A stretch of DNA of 64,000 bases from Clostridia bacterium (GTDB taxonomy: Bacteria > Bacillota > Clostridia > UMGS1883), in the NCBI GenBank assembly GCA_017440585.1, contig JAFSGW010000099.1, forward strand, positions 42,436-106,435, given 5' to 3'. Under the pieces are notes generated by a model that saw only the letters and a program-made list of their open reading frames with translations, searched no databases and was not told where the DNA came from. Position 1 is the first letter of the stretch. Each line of letters opens with the position of its first letter. Of the stretch, positions 1 to 9,302 are shown one piece after another. Both the position numbers and the translations under genes were made by a program.

Positions 1-1182
1 ATGGTAGCAGCTAAGGCTGCAGGTCTTAGCGAGCTTACACTTAAGCTCAATGCTCCTTACGGTGCTGCATACATTGCAGAACGTGAAGCAGCAGTTGCAG
101 GCGGTCAGTACGAGGATAAGGTTGCTTATATCGAAGTTTCTGATGCAGGTCTTGTAAAGGTTACAGAAACAGGTGATGCTACACTTACAAAGAACGGTTC
201 TGCTATGAACGGCTTTGCATACGTTGCTTCTACAGACGATGTTCGTCTTAATGCAGCAGATGCAGTTGTTATCGGTACAGATGCAGGCTACTATGAAGCT
301 AACAAGAACCTTAACCTTACAGAAGCAACAACATTCGCTAACACAGCTCCTGCAGGCCTTGGTCTTGCAATGGTAGGCGGTGCTCAGGTACGTATCGGTT
401 CCACAAACCTTGAAGAAGGCGGAAAGCTTGATGCTCTTGCAGACAGTGGTATCAGATTCCTTGCAACAGCTTCCTACAGCGATACAGTTCTTGATGACGA
501 AACAGTTGAATTCGGTATCAAGGTATCCGCTGAAGCTTCCGAAAACGTTGCATACATTCCCGCTGTATCCTTCCAGAATGATGACAACAGCGTATTCTCC
601 GCTGCTATCACAAGCCTTAAGGAATCCAACTACAACAGAAAGTACACAGCTGTAGCTTATGCTAAGGTTCCCATGGCTGACGGCTCCGTTAAGGAATTTG
701 TAACAGATGGCGTAACAAGAAGCATTTACCAGGTATCTGCAGGTATCATGAAGAATGGTACAGCTGATGCAGAAAATGCAGCTTACACAGTTGAAGGCGT
801 AGTTAAGAACGTTCTTAACGCTTACGTAAACCAGACAGGTATCCGCCTTTCCTACACAGCTGACGGTATTGCAGTTGAAGAAAACAAGTACACAGGTGAT
901 GTATTCTTCACAGTTACATCTGAATCTGATGGCGACGACGGCTTCAATGTTACAATCACTCCCGATGCAACATGGGGTACACCCGCTGAAATTGCAGAGT
1001 GGTGGACAGATTATGTAAGATTCAACAACAATAACAGCATTGCAAAGGGTTATATTTCCGCAAACTACTATGTTGACGGCGAACCCGTATTTGTTCATGA
1101 TGATGGTAGTCTTACATTCAACTTCGACACAACAGACGATGGCACAGGCGGTTTTGATGGCCCCTGGGTTCCCATTGGCTAA
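1..1182 (+). CDS. Large putative secreted/surface protein, C-terminal part (likely truncated by window start)
   Basis: Open frame from base 1 with highly-expressed codon style; Ala/Thr/Asp-rich; GAQVR...SGIRF...YNRKYTAVAY C-terminal module recalled from clostridial extracellular proteins; followed by a terminator. Confidence 0.7.
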   Translation: MVAAKAAGLSELTLKLNAPYGAAYIAEREAAVAGGQYEDKVAYIEVSDAGLVKVTETGDATLTKNGSAMNGFAYVASTDDVRLNAADAVVIGTDAGYYEANKNLNLTEATTFANTAPAGLGLAMVGGAQVRIGSTNLEEGGKLDALADSGIRFLATASYSDTVLDDETVEFGIKVSAEASENVAYIPAVSFQNDDNSVFSAAITSLKESNYNRKYTAVAYAKVPMADGSVKEFVTDGVTRSIYQVSAGIMKNGTADAENAAYTVEGVVKNVLNAYVNQTGIRLSYTADGIAVEENKYTGDVFFTVTSESDGDDGFNVTITPDATWGTPAEIAEWWTDYVRFNNNNSIAKGYISANYYVDGEPVFVHDDGSLTFNFDTTDDGTGGFDGPWVPIG

Positions 1183-1200
1183 TTAAACAAACTAAAAATT

Positions 1201-1231
1201 AAAGGGCAACCGCAATGCGGTTGCCCTTTTT
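1201..1231 (+). terminator. Rho-independent terminator
   Basis: aaagggcaaccgc-aat-gcggttgcccttt stem plus T tract after stop at 1182. Confidence 0.85.
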
Positions 1232-1254
1232 GTGTGGGGTATGAAAAATGAAAG

Positions 1255-1302
1255 GGGCGACCAATGGTCGCCCCTACGTGGGGGACGGGAAAATGCTGCG
1301 AC
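1255..1302. repeat. REP-containing ~48-bp direct repeat, copy A (downstream flank of RAYT)
   Basis: gggcgaccaatggtcgcccctacgtgggggacgggaaaatgctgcgac; on - strand contains GTAG plus palindrome; matches 1830-1878 with 2 substitutions and 1 indel. Confidence 0.9.
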
Positions 1303-1316
1303 GTGTGGGAAACGTT

Positions 1317-1781
1317 TTACAAATAAAAGCAATCGTTTTCCCATTTTAATGGATTGGTATCAATATATGTCCAAATATTGTTGTAATCCTGTTGATTACG
1401 AATGATGTGGTCGTGAAAGGATTTTTGCCAAACAGGTGAACCGACTGTCTTGGATACAGCACCCTTGAATTGCTGAATTACAGTGGAAATTGTAGGGGCG
1501 TGCATTGCACGCCCGTTGTCGCACATAAGCAGAATATGTACGTGATTGGGCATAACAACATATTTATCAACGCGGATGTATGGATATAATGTTTCGATAT
1601 TTAAAATAGCACTGTTCACAATTTCGCCGTATTGTGACAGTTGCGGGCGACCAATGGTCGCCCCTGCATCATCCCAGAATATACAAGCCTTGTCCTTTGT
1701 GCATACTGTTATAAAATATGCACCGCTACGGCTATAATCATAGTTTGGTAAACGATTAGGTTTGCGTTTAGGGAAATTCAT
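1317..1781 (-). CDS. REP-associated tyrosine (HUH/Y1) transposase, RAYT/TnpA-REP
   Basis: RKPNRLPNYDYS..GAYFITVCT N-terminus, MPNHVH HUH motif, WQKSFHDHIIR, catalytic YIDTNP; ATG at 1781 with GAAAGGA SD; surrounded by REP palindromes. Confidence 0.9.
   Translation of the reverse strand: MNFPKRKPNRLPNYDYSRSGAYFITVCTKDKACIFWDDAGATIGRPQLSQYGEIVNSAILNIETLYPYIRVDKYVVMPNHVHILLMCDNGRAMHAPTISTVIQQFKGAVSKTVGSPVWQKSFHDHIIRNQQDYNNIWTYIDTNPLKWENDCFYL
1492..1515 (+). repeat. REP palindrome inside RAYT ORF
   Basis: gtaggggcgtgc-att-gcacgcccg; translated as GRAMHAPT in the transposase. Confidence 0.85.
1644..1667 (-). repeat. REP palindrome inside RAYT ORF
   Basis: cgggcgaccaatggtcgcccctgc (GCAG head variant); translated as AGATIGRP. 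Confidence 0.85.
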
Positions 1782-1829
1782 ATGTTGGTGATCCTTTCGT
1801 GATTGATATTTTGTTGGAGGTTGTGGAGC

Positions 1830-1878
1830 GGGCGACCAATGGTCGCCCCTACATGGGGGATGGGGAAAATGCTGCGAC
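1830..1878. repeat. REP-containing ~48-bp direct repeat, copy B (upstream flank of RAYT)
   Basis: gggcgaccaatggtcgcccctacatgggggatggggaaaatgctgcgac. Confidence 0.9.
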
Positions 1879-1884
1879 TTACGG

Positions 1885-1913
1885 AAAACGGGCGACCTAT
1901 GGTCGCCCGTTTT
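1885..1913. terminator. REP-like bidirectional terminator hairpin
   Basis: aaaacgggcgacc-tat-ggtcgcccgtttt directly after the GH105 stop. Confidence 0.75.
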
Positions 1914-1914
1914 A

Positions 1915-4008
1915 TTACTTTGAGTAGGGAACAAGCTCTAAAAGGCTTACCCATTCGTTTATGGAATTACCGTGACCTACAACCTTGATATAACGTACCT
2001 TTTCCTTGATGAGGGTATAATTGAATTCCACACCCTGAGGTGCATCGCCGTTGTAGTAAACCCTGTAGTTAACGCCGTCTACAGAAGCATGAATTTCATA
2101 CTTGGTGCTGCGTTCTGCAAACTTCCAGAAGGCTGCACAAACCATTTCAACATATTGCTCGCTTCCTAAGTCAAACACAATTTCACAGTCGCCCGTTGCA
2201 GCCCAGCGAGTCGCAATGTTGTTATCGAATGCATTTTCTGCAGGGTTTTCAGGCTCGGGGGTCTGGCTTGCTGTTGCTGAAACTATTTCAATTTTATTTT
2301 CGTTTTCTAATTCCGGTGTAACCACCTTATACTCCCAACCCTCCTGCTCGGGTCTTTCGGGAAGTGTGCCCGACTGAAGGATTTCCGAAAGCATGCCTGC
2401 AAGGGGAAGCTGCTGTGTGTAGAAGGGGTTTTCCTTACCGCCTATAATTATGAGCTTATGCTCGTTGTTCCAGTACACGTATTTGCCTAATGCCTCTGCC
2501 GCAACCCTTAAAGGAAGGTAGGTTCTGCCGTTTACAATAACGGGAGCGGTGTTTGCCGTGTGCTTTTCAGAGTCCACATAATAATTGGGGCTGTTTATAA
2601 CAAATTGAAGCACAGAATCGTCCTTAACCATTGTAACTGCCTGCAAATCTCCATTCCAGAGAACCTTTGCCTTTAAAGCCTCGCCCAATGCACGGAGGGG
2701 AACCATTGTAACGCCCTCTGTGTTAACAAAGGGTGGTGCATCAATCGCCTTTACGGCTATGCCGTTGTAAACGTTTTCTGCACCTACCTTAAGTGCTACA
2801 GTGCCCATTGTTTTACGTGTGAGGTAGGGATACATATCGCCCTGAACACCGCCATAGTAGCGTGCTGCCTCGCAAAGTGCATACAAGGTTGCACCAACAC
2901 CAAAGTTGAAGTTGCTCTCCAAATTTGTGGCATTTGTTGCCGCGGAGCCTATGTGCTGTGTGTAGCCCACAAAGCCGTCGGGATGAATTGCAGCCTCTGT
3001 TAAGTACTTGATGCCGCCCTCTGCATAGGGAAGATATGTTTCCTTATCAAGAAGCCCTGAGTTTATGCCGTAGTAGAGTGAATACGTGATAAAGCCCGTG
3101 CCGCTTGTTTCGTAGCCGTAGGGGTTCTGGTCACTTGTGGGGAAGTTTGCAAGCATGCTCTGTGTCCAGAAAACCCTGCCCTCGCTGTCGGTACGGGAGC
3201 AGTCAATACAAGCCTTTGCCATTTCAAGATATGTTTTCTTTATCTCGTCGTAATGCTCCCAGGATTGGGGAATATCTTCAAAAACACGGGCAAATGCTGC
3301 CATTACCCAGCCAACACCACGTGCCCATATGTTCTTTTGTCCGTTAACACGGCTTTTTATGTAGCCCGGGTCACGGAAGAAAAGATTTGCAGGCTCGCCC
3401 TCGTAATTTATACCGCCCTCGCCGTCATACATTCTCTGTTTGCACCATATAAAGGCACGGTACATAAAGTCAAGGTATTTTTCGTCCCCCGTTAAGGTGT
3501 AAAGCTTGGAATATACGGGCATTGCCATGTGAACGGCATCGCACCAGGTCCAGTAATCGTCTCTGCCGGTAGCAATCTGTGAATTTGTAATTTCCAGTGT
3601 GCGGGCAATTTTCTTTTCGTCCTGCTGTTTGTCAAGGTTGTAAAGGTCAATATAAACCTGGAAGCAGGTCTGGTTGTCCGCATGATAAACATTTGAATTG
3701 CCCTTCCATGAAGACGGGTCAGTGCTTCTGTGGCCCTGCCACTGGTTGTGCTCTGCCCATTTTGTGGCATAGTCACGGTACTTTTCAATACCTGTTAAAT
3801 AGTAGGCATCCATACAGCCTATGTAATAGGTTGCCACATCCCACTCATAGCCGGGAGTCCAGGTGTGAGTTGCTATCCAGTGGTCGTTAACCTTTTTCAC
3901 ATAGCCTTCAAGCTCCTCGTAGGTGTAGGCGTTATCTGCAAGTGCCATCTGCGGCACCATTGAGAGAAGCATTGCAAGGATTAGCAGTGTTGATAAAACT
4001 TTTTTCAT
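1915..4008 (-). CDS. Secreted GH105-family unsaturated uronyl hydrolase with copper-amine-oxidase-like N-terminal (stalk) domain and C-terminal F5/8 type C (CBM32-like) domain
   Basis: Signal peptide MKKVLSTLLILAMLLSMVPQMALA; HADNQ, WTWCDAVHMAMP, WARGVGW, ETSGT GH105/88 motifs; TMVPLRAL and GRTYLPLR stalk motifs; NAFDNNIATRW discoidin motif; AAGGAGG SD. Confidence 0.85.
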   Translation of the reverse strand: MKKVLSTLLILAMLLSMVPQMALADNAYTYEELEGYVKKVNDHWIATHTWTPGYEWDVATYYIGCMDAYYLTGIEKYRDYATKWAEHNQWQGHRSTDPSSWKGNSNVYHADNQTCFQVYIDLYNLDKQQDEKKIARTLEITNSQIATGRDDYWTWCDAVHMAMPVYSKLYTLTGDEKYLDFMYRAFIWCKQRMYDGEGGINYEGEPANLFFRDPGYIKSRVNGQKNIWARGVGWVMAAFARVFEDIPQSWEHYDEIKKTYLEMAKACIDCSRTDSEGRVFWTQSMLANFPTSDQNPYGYETSGTGFITYSLYYGINSGLLDKETYLPYAEGGIKYLTEAAIHPDGFVGYTQHIGSAATNATNLESNFNFGVGATLYALCEAARYYGGVQGDMYPYLTRKTMGTVALKVGAENVYNGIAVKAIDAPPFVNTEGVTMVPLRALGEALKAKVLWNGDLQAVTMVKDDSVLQFVINSPNYYVDSEKHTANTAPVIVNGRTYLPLRVAAEALGKYVYWNNEHKLIIIGGKENPFYTQQLPLAGMLSEILQSGTLPERPEQEGWEYKVVTPELENENKIEIVSATASQTPEPENPAENAFDNNIATRWAATGDCEIVFDLGSEQYVEMVCAAFWKFAERSTKYEIHASVDGVNYRVYYNGDAPQGVEFNYTLIKEKVRYIKVVGHGNSINEWVSLLELVPYSK

Positions 4009-4021
4009 TTTTATTTCCTCC

Positions 4022-4519
4022 TTAAATAAATTTAATATCATCAAGAATTCGTGAGAAGGCTTCAAGAAACTTTTTTGTTTCAGCATTTTCAAGGAGCAAT
4101 TTGCCCACCTTTTCCACGGCTTTTACAAAGTCGGGCTCAAAATCCTCCACATAAAGGGAGGAGAGAGGGCACATGCCGTTGGCACGGGGGTCAACAATAA
4201 CCTCTAATTCCCCGTCCTTTGCTATGTAAGGCGTTAAGGGGAAAATCCTGCAGGAGAGAGGCCGCAGATTTCTGTCACACACACCGTCGCAGGAAAAAAG
4301 CGGTGCAAATTTGCCTTTATCGTATTCAAAATCCGTTTCGGAAATGCTTGCCCAGGAGGGAAGTGAGGTATACATTTCCTCCTCAAAGGGGAAAAGGTAC
4401 ATTCCGTCCCCGTCCTTATCGCCCTCACAGCACGCCTTGTTGCAGGCTCTGCCACAGTCACCGCGGAGAGGGGTAAGGGTGCCTAAGGCAGCATAAATAT
4501 TATTATAAAAATCTTTCAT
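4022..4519 (-). CDS. Cys-cluster protein (YkgJ/CxxCxxCC-like)
   Basis: DCGRACNKACC, CDGVCDRNLRPLSCRIFP and GMCPL motifs; starts 5 nt after metA stop. Confidence 0.7.
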   Translation of the reverse strand: MKDFYNNIYAALGTLTPLRGDCGRACNKACCEGDKDGDGMYLFPFEEEMYTSLPSWASISETDFEYDKGKFAPLFSCDGVCDRNLRPLSCRIFPLTPYIAKDGELEVIVDPRANGMCPLSSLYVEDFEPDFVKAVEKVGKLLLENAETKKFLEAFSRILDDIKFI

Positions 4520-4524
4520 AACTA

Positions 4525-5457
4525 TTACCTGTTGCCTCCCGTGCAATCGTCAAGATTGTAGGGTGTTGTCTGGTATACAAAGTAGTTCAGCCAGTTGGAG
4601 AAAAGCAGGTCATTATGGCTTCTCCAGGTTACAAGGGGTGTGTTGTCGGGGTTATCGTCGGGGTAATAGTTTTTGGGCAGGGGAACATTGTCAAGCCCCT
4701 TTGCCATGTCACGCTTATATTCCTTGTCCAGTGTGTCGAACTCATATTCGCTGTGACCCGTTACGAAAACACGTGAATCGTCCTCGCTCTTTACAAGGTA
4801 AACCCCGGCTTCGTCACTTACAGCTAAAATGTTAAGGTCCTCATGCTTTTCAATATCGGACTGAAGCACCGTTGTGTGGCGTGAATGAGGTGCACGGAAC
4901 ACCTGGTCAAAGCCACGCATGAGACGGGAGGAGGGGTAGAGGTTTTTGTGCTCAAACACACCGAAAACCTTCTCGGGCAGTATAACCTTGTTTATGCCGT
5001 GGAAATAGTAAAGTGCCGCCTGAGCCGCCCAGCAGATAAACATACTGCTTGTAACGTTTGTTTTCGACCACTCAAAAATTTCGCACATTTCCTGCCAGTA
5101 GTCAACCTCTTCAAAGGGAATCATCTCCACGGGTGCACCTGTTACAATCATTGCATCGTAGCGGTTGTGCCTGATTTCCGCAAAGGTTGTGTAAAAGGTT
5201 TTAAGGTGCTCCTCGCTTGTGTTTTTCGATTCATGTGAGTCCATGCGGATGAAAATGGGCTCAATCTGTAAGGGGGTGTTGGAGAGTGCACGGAGAAGCT
5301 GTGTTTCCGTCGTTATTTTTGTGGGCATTATATTCACAATAACAATTTTAAGGGGACGGATGTCCTGACTTAAGGCACGTGTCTCCGTCATAACAAATAT
5401 ATTTTCACTCATAAGTGTTTTTGTTGCGGGTAAATCGTTAGGTATTTTAATAGGCAT
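4525..5457 (-). CDS. metA: Homoserine O-acyltransferase MetA (probably acetyl-CoA-specific)
   Basis: MPIKIP start, QDIRPL, TGAPVE (Glu at the specificity position), ICWAAQA catalytic Cys, PHSRH, GHSEY. Confidence 0.95.
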   Translation of the reverse strand: MPIKIPNDLPATKTLMSENIFVMTETRALSQDIRPLKIVIVNIMPTKITTETQLLRALSNTPLQIEPIFIRMDSHESKNTSEEHLKTFYTTFAEIRHNRYDAMIVTGAPVEMIPFEEVDYWQEMCEIFEWSKTNVTSSMFICWAAQAALYYFHGINKVILPEKVFGVFEHKNLYPSSRLMRGFDQVFRAPHSRHTTVLQSDIEKHEDLNILAVSDEAGVYLVKSEDDSRVFVTGHSEYEFDTLDKEYKRDMAKGLDNVPLPKNYYPDDNPDNTPLVTWRSHNDLLFSNWLNYFVYQTTPYNLDDCTGGNR

Positions 5458-5576
5458 AAAATCAGTCCTTTCTGTACTTATAATTATAGCTGAAATAAAG
5501 CCTTTAGTCAACATAATGGTTGACGGCAGGGGCTTTTAGATATAAAATATATGTATCAAAATTTGGAGAAATGTGT

Positions 5577-7061
5577 ATGAAGGATTTAGCATATTTTAAA
5601 ATAGAAGAAGATATGACTCCCCGTGACGCATCGGATGCACTTGAAATGGCAAAAAAGGCAGGCTTTGACGAGGTAATTGTCTATCATCACGAAAAGGCAG
5701 ACATTACAAATGCCTCCTACCTGGAGCAGCTTTTGTCCCTTTTCCGTGGGGCATACCGCCACAAGGTGGCACTCTATATTGCCGATGACCGATACGATTT
5801 TTCAGGCACGGGCTTCGGTCAGCTTTCCTCTGTAAAAGAGCTGTGGCAGAAGGTTATGGTCATAAAGGAAAAAAGCGAGGTCTGCCAGGGAGAGGAAATC
5901 CTCTGTGAGTATAAAGATAACTGTGTGGTTGCCACTCTTCCGCCCGCACTTGACAAGTTCCCCTACGGTCACATGCCCGATTTAACAAACCCCGACAGTG
6001 CCCGTCTTATTATTGAAGGGGTGTACAAGCCTCTTATCAACGAGTTTAAAAAGTTTGTTGGATACGAATTCAGGGGATTTTTGTGCAATTGCCCTATATG
6101 GGACTGTGCGGAATACGAAACCGTGCCCTACAGCAAGGCTGCTGTGGAGAGATTCCTGGAGGATGCTCCTCTTCCTGAGGTGGATTTGTTTTTTGCAGCA
6201 GCGAAGGAGGAAAGCCCGTCGGCGGGATGGAGTGATTATCTGGAATGCTTTGATATAGAAGAAAGCTTTGTGTTGCCACTGAAAAAGTTCTGTGATGAAA
6301 ACAACCTTGAGCTTGCCATAGCAACGGGAACGAGTAGTGTGTCTGAAGAATTCGGGAAGGAAAACAGTTCGATTTTCATCAACCCGTATGGTGATAATTG
6401 CTATATGCCTGACGTTGCGAAAAGCTACGATGCCGTATTGGCGTATAAGCATAAATGCGGGTGTGTTATAAAAATAGCAAAAGGAATGGAAATGCTTAAA
6501 AACATCGGCAGGATTTTTGAGGAATACCCCAACTGTGACTGTGTGAAGCTTTGTGATTTTAAAGGCACCGATAAAAACTGCTGTGTTCTCATAAACCACA
6601 AAAAGGAAGAGGTGTCCTTAGGGCTTCTCATGCCGGGCGAATGGGCAATTTATGACTGGGAGAGGGACATTGTTTACGACTTTGAGCCAAAAAGGACTTA
6701 CACCTTTCCTCCCGAGAGCTTTTTATGCCTTGTTAAAAAGGAGGGTGCAATGTACCCTGAGCCCTTGGGAATAAAGGCAGGCGGTGTTATCACAAAGGAG
6801 CTTGAAGTGGCAGAAACCATCCCCTATAAGGAGGAGGGCGGTAAATTCACCTTTACCCTTCCCGGGGAAGGTCTTTCCGGAAAATATATTGAGCTTGCAG
6901 GCGATGGCGGTTATGTGGCTGTGAAATTAGGCTATAACCAATACAAAACCTTAACACGTGCCGTTTACCCTCTTTACGACTTTTTGTGCGGACAGGAATG
7001 CCGGGGCGAAACAGACGGAAAAATTACAGAAATACGTATAATGAAAGAGACCGAAGCATAA
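5577..7061 (+). CDS. Hypothetical protein, degenerate GH106 (alpha-L-rhamnosidase)-like N-terminal region
   Basis: Long ORF with GGAG SD; LYIADDRYDFSGTGFG and FRGFLCNCP resemble GH106 lYDEdxwPSGxaGG and GxFtDEP motifs but with altered acidic residues. Confidence 0.6.
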   Translation: MKDLAYFKIEEDMTPRDASDALEMAKKAGFDEVIVYHHEKADITNASYLEQLLSLFRGAYRHKVALYIADDRYDFSGTGFGQLSSVKELWQKVMVIKEKSEVCQGEEILCEYKDNCVVATLPPALDKFPYGHMPDLTNPDSARLIIEGVYKPLINEFKKFVGYEFRGFLCNCPIWDCAEYETVPYSKAAVERFLEDAPLPEVDLFFAAAKEESPSAGWSDYLECFDIEESFVLPLKKFCDENNLELAIATGTSSVSEEFGKENSSIFINPYGDNCYMPDVAKSYDAVLAYKHKCGCVIKIAKGMEMLKNIGRIFEEYPNCDCVKLCDFKGTDKNCCVLINHKKEEVSLGLLMPGEWAIYDWERDIVYDFEPKRTYTFPPESFLCLVKKEGAMYPEPLGIKAGGVITKELEVAETIPYKEEGGKFTFTLPGEGLSGKYIELAGDGGYVAVKLGYNQYKTLTRAVYPLYDFLCGQECRGETDGKITEIRIMKETEA

Positions 7062-7073
7062 GCTTCGGTCTCT
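7046..7073. terminator. Bidirectional terminator between convergent genes
   Basis: agagaccgaagc-ataa-gcttcggtctct. Confidence 0.7.
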
Positions 7074-7076
7074 ATT

Positions 7077-8714
7077 TTAGTTCACATTTAATTTTCCGTC
7101 TGTTAAGGTAAGCACCTTATCGCAGTAATCAAGCACCTTTTTTCGGTGGGTTATAATAAGCACGGTTTTGCCCTTCTCTGCCTTGAGGGAATTAAGAAGC
7201 CTGATTTCCGTGTCCTCATCAAGGGCACTTGTTGCCTCGTCAAGAAGAAGGATGGGTGTTTTACGTGCTAAGGCACGGGCAATGGCAATTCTCTGCACCT
7301 GCCCTTCGCTGAGGCCTGAGCCCTTTTCGCCCAGCTTTGTGTCCAGCCCGTCGGGAAGAGAGTCTACAAAGTCCATCTGTGCAATGCGGGCGGCTTCCTC
7401 AATGGTTTTTCTGTCAATGTCCGAATAAAAGGCAATATTGTCGGCAATTGTTCCCGATATGAGCATGTTGCCCTGGGGCACATAGCCAAAAAGTGACCTT
7501 AAGGATGCATCAATTTTTCTGTCGGGGTCACCCTGTATGTACATTCTGCCCTCTATGGGGTCAACAAGGCTTAAGAGAAGGCGTATTATGGTGCTTTTGC
7601 CCGCTCCGGAAATGCCGCAAAGGGCAACAAATTCACCCTTGTGAATGCACATTGAGGCAGAATCAAGAATTTTATCGTTCCCGTAGGAAAAGCTTACACG
7701 GTCAAAAACAATAGCCGAAAAATCGCTGAGCACGCCCTTTGGTGCCGTGTTGAAGCCTTCGTCGGCGGCAAGAGTTTCAAATTCCAGAATCCTCTCCGCA
7801 GAGGCAAGCATGTTCTGATAGGTAACAAGGAGCGAGCCCATAGACCTTGCAGGGGACTGCACCTGGTTAACAAGCTGTATCATGGCTGTGAAATCACCAA
7901 AGGAAAGCACCGAGGTTGCTATACGAAAGGCGCCCCACAAAATGGTGAAGGCATAACCGCCGGTGAAGAGCACCATCATGCTCACGTTGGCAAGAATGTT
8001 CCATGCATTACGCCTCAGCCTTAAGGAAAGTGTTTCCTTCTGTATGTTTTTAAGGGCACGGGAAGAGCCCTTTTCCCCTCCGAAAGCTTTCACAACAGTA
8101 AGGTTCTGCACGCTCTCAAGCATAAAGCTTAAGGCATTGCCTTCACTTTTTTGCACTTCCTTGTGGAAAAACTTCATTTTTTTGCTGTAAAGCCTTCCTA
8201 AAAGAAGGAGCAGGGGAGATATAATGCAAATGATAAGAGCAAATTGAAAATCGATTGTGAAAAGTGCCCACAGTGCAAGCACAATCCTTGTAATAAACAT
8301 TGCCCCGTGAGGGAGAATGTGCATTATACCGCTTGTTATAACGTTTGTGTCGCTCTTTATGCGGTTTACAATTTCACCTGAATGAAACTTACTTACATCG
8401 CTCCACTTTTTGCCTAAAACAGCGGCAAAAAGCCTTTCGCGGAAACGCAATTCCATTTTGCTTCCGAAGGAAACGGTCATACGGCTGTTTGCCATACGGA
8501 GCAGTATTTCAATTACTATTAAGCCAATAAGAATGCCACCCTCTTCAAAAAGAGGCTGCATTGCACCTGCCACCGCATAGTCCACAAGGTTTTTCGACAA
8601 AAGTGCAAAAACTATTGTGCACACGCTTATTGCAATGTTTGTGATAATAAGCACCACAAGAAGCGGCAGTATGAAAAGTGAATTGGCAATTATCCATTTT
8701 AAGGGCTTGTTCAT
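7077..8714 (-). CDS. ABC exporter, fused permease/ATPase
   Basis: N-terminal TM helices; Walker A GISGAGKS, LSEGQ signature, LLLDEATSALD. Confidence 0.92.
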   Translation of the reverse strand: MNKPLKWIIANSLFILPLLVVLIITNIAISVCTIVFALLSKNLVDYAVAGAMQPLFEEGGILIGLIVIEILLRMANSRMTVSFGSKMELRFRERLFAAVLGKKWSDVSKFHSGEIVNRIKSDTNVITSGIMHILPHGAMFITRIVLALWALFTIDFQFALIICIISPLLLLLGRLYSKKMKFFHKEVQKSEGNALSFMLESVQNLTVVKAFGGEKGSSRALKNIQKETLSLRLRRNAWNILANVSMMVLFTGGYAFTILWGAFRIATSVLSFGDFTAMIQLVNQVQSPARSMGSLLVTYQNMLASAERILEFETLAADEGFNTAPKGVLSDFSAIVFDRVSFSYGNDKILDSASMCIHKGEFVALCGISGAGKSTIIRLLLSLVDPIEGRMYIQGDPDRKIDASLRSLFGYVPQGNMLISGTIADNIAFYSDIDRKTIEEAARIAQMDFVDSLPDGLDTKLGEKGSGLSEGQVQRIAIARALARKTPILLLDEATSALDEDTEIRLLNSLKAEKGKTVLIITHRKKVLDYCDKVLTLTDGKLNVN

Positions 8715-8734
8715 AGCTTTGCCCCTTTCTTCAG

Positions 8735-8992
8735 TTATTCGTCAAGAATGCCCGATGCACGGAGCTTTTCAATAAATGCCCCAACATCGCTCTTGGCTCT
8801 TTCAAGGTCAACCTCGTATTCCTCAGTGAGCTTTACGGCTGTTTCATCACAGCTTAATCCCTCAGAGAGACAACCGAAGATAAATGCACCTGTTTCGTTC
8901 ATTGTCTGCATGGTTGTATCCTCACCGTCTGTTGCCACAAGCATGTAGCTTCCCATAACTTTTTTTACTATATAACCGGATTTTATTTTCAA
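8735..8992 (-). CDS. PqqD-family (RiPP recognition element-like) protein
   Basis: MNETGAFIF...LTEEYEVDLERAKSDVGAFIEKLRASGIL PqqD signature; probable TTG start after AAAGGGTG. Confidence 0.85.
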   Translation of the reverse strand: MKIKSGYIVKKVMGSYMLVATDGEDTTMQTMNETGAFIFGCLSEGLSCDETAVKLTEEYEVDLERAKSDVGAFIEKLRASGILDE

Positions 8993-9056
8993 GGTAATCA
9001 CCCTTTCAGTATTATCTCCTTAATTATACAGTAAAATCAAAAGCTTTGCAACCTTT

Positions 9057-9293
9057 TTAAAAGCCCATAATAAAGAGATATCCCAAAGCACAAAGGAGAA
9101 TGTAGTCCTCACTGCCCTCAAGCATGAGCACGGCTATTATGGAAAGGAGTATCCAGTCGTCCTTTTTAAAGCTTTTAATGTCAAAAATTGGGGCAGGGCG
9201 ATGCGAAAGAGGCGGACTCATTTTCGGTGGCGGAGGGTAGCTTACCCTTTCACGGGGTGCCTCTGACGAGGGGTTCATCTGAATAACTCTCAT
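9057..9293 (-). CDS. Small hypothetical protein (Pro-rich, C-terminal hydrophobic segments)
   Basis: GGAGG SD; DDWILLSII..D..LL.ALGYLF pattern recalled from clostridial small proteins. Confidence 0.65.
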   Translation of the reverse strand: MRVIQMNPSSEAPRERVSYPPPPKMSPPLSHRPAPIFDIKSFKKDDWILLSIIAVLMLEGSEDYILLCALGYLFIMGF

Positions 9294-9302
9294 ACCTGCC
9301 TC

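Noticed and set aside
1782-1934. N-terminal extension of the RAYT ORF
   Set aside because: Runs through REP repeats; SD and family start are at 1781
5458-5576. SAM riboswitch or T-box upstream of metA
   Set aside because: The spacer is about 120 nt, occupied by divergent promoters, with no S-box or T-box motifs
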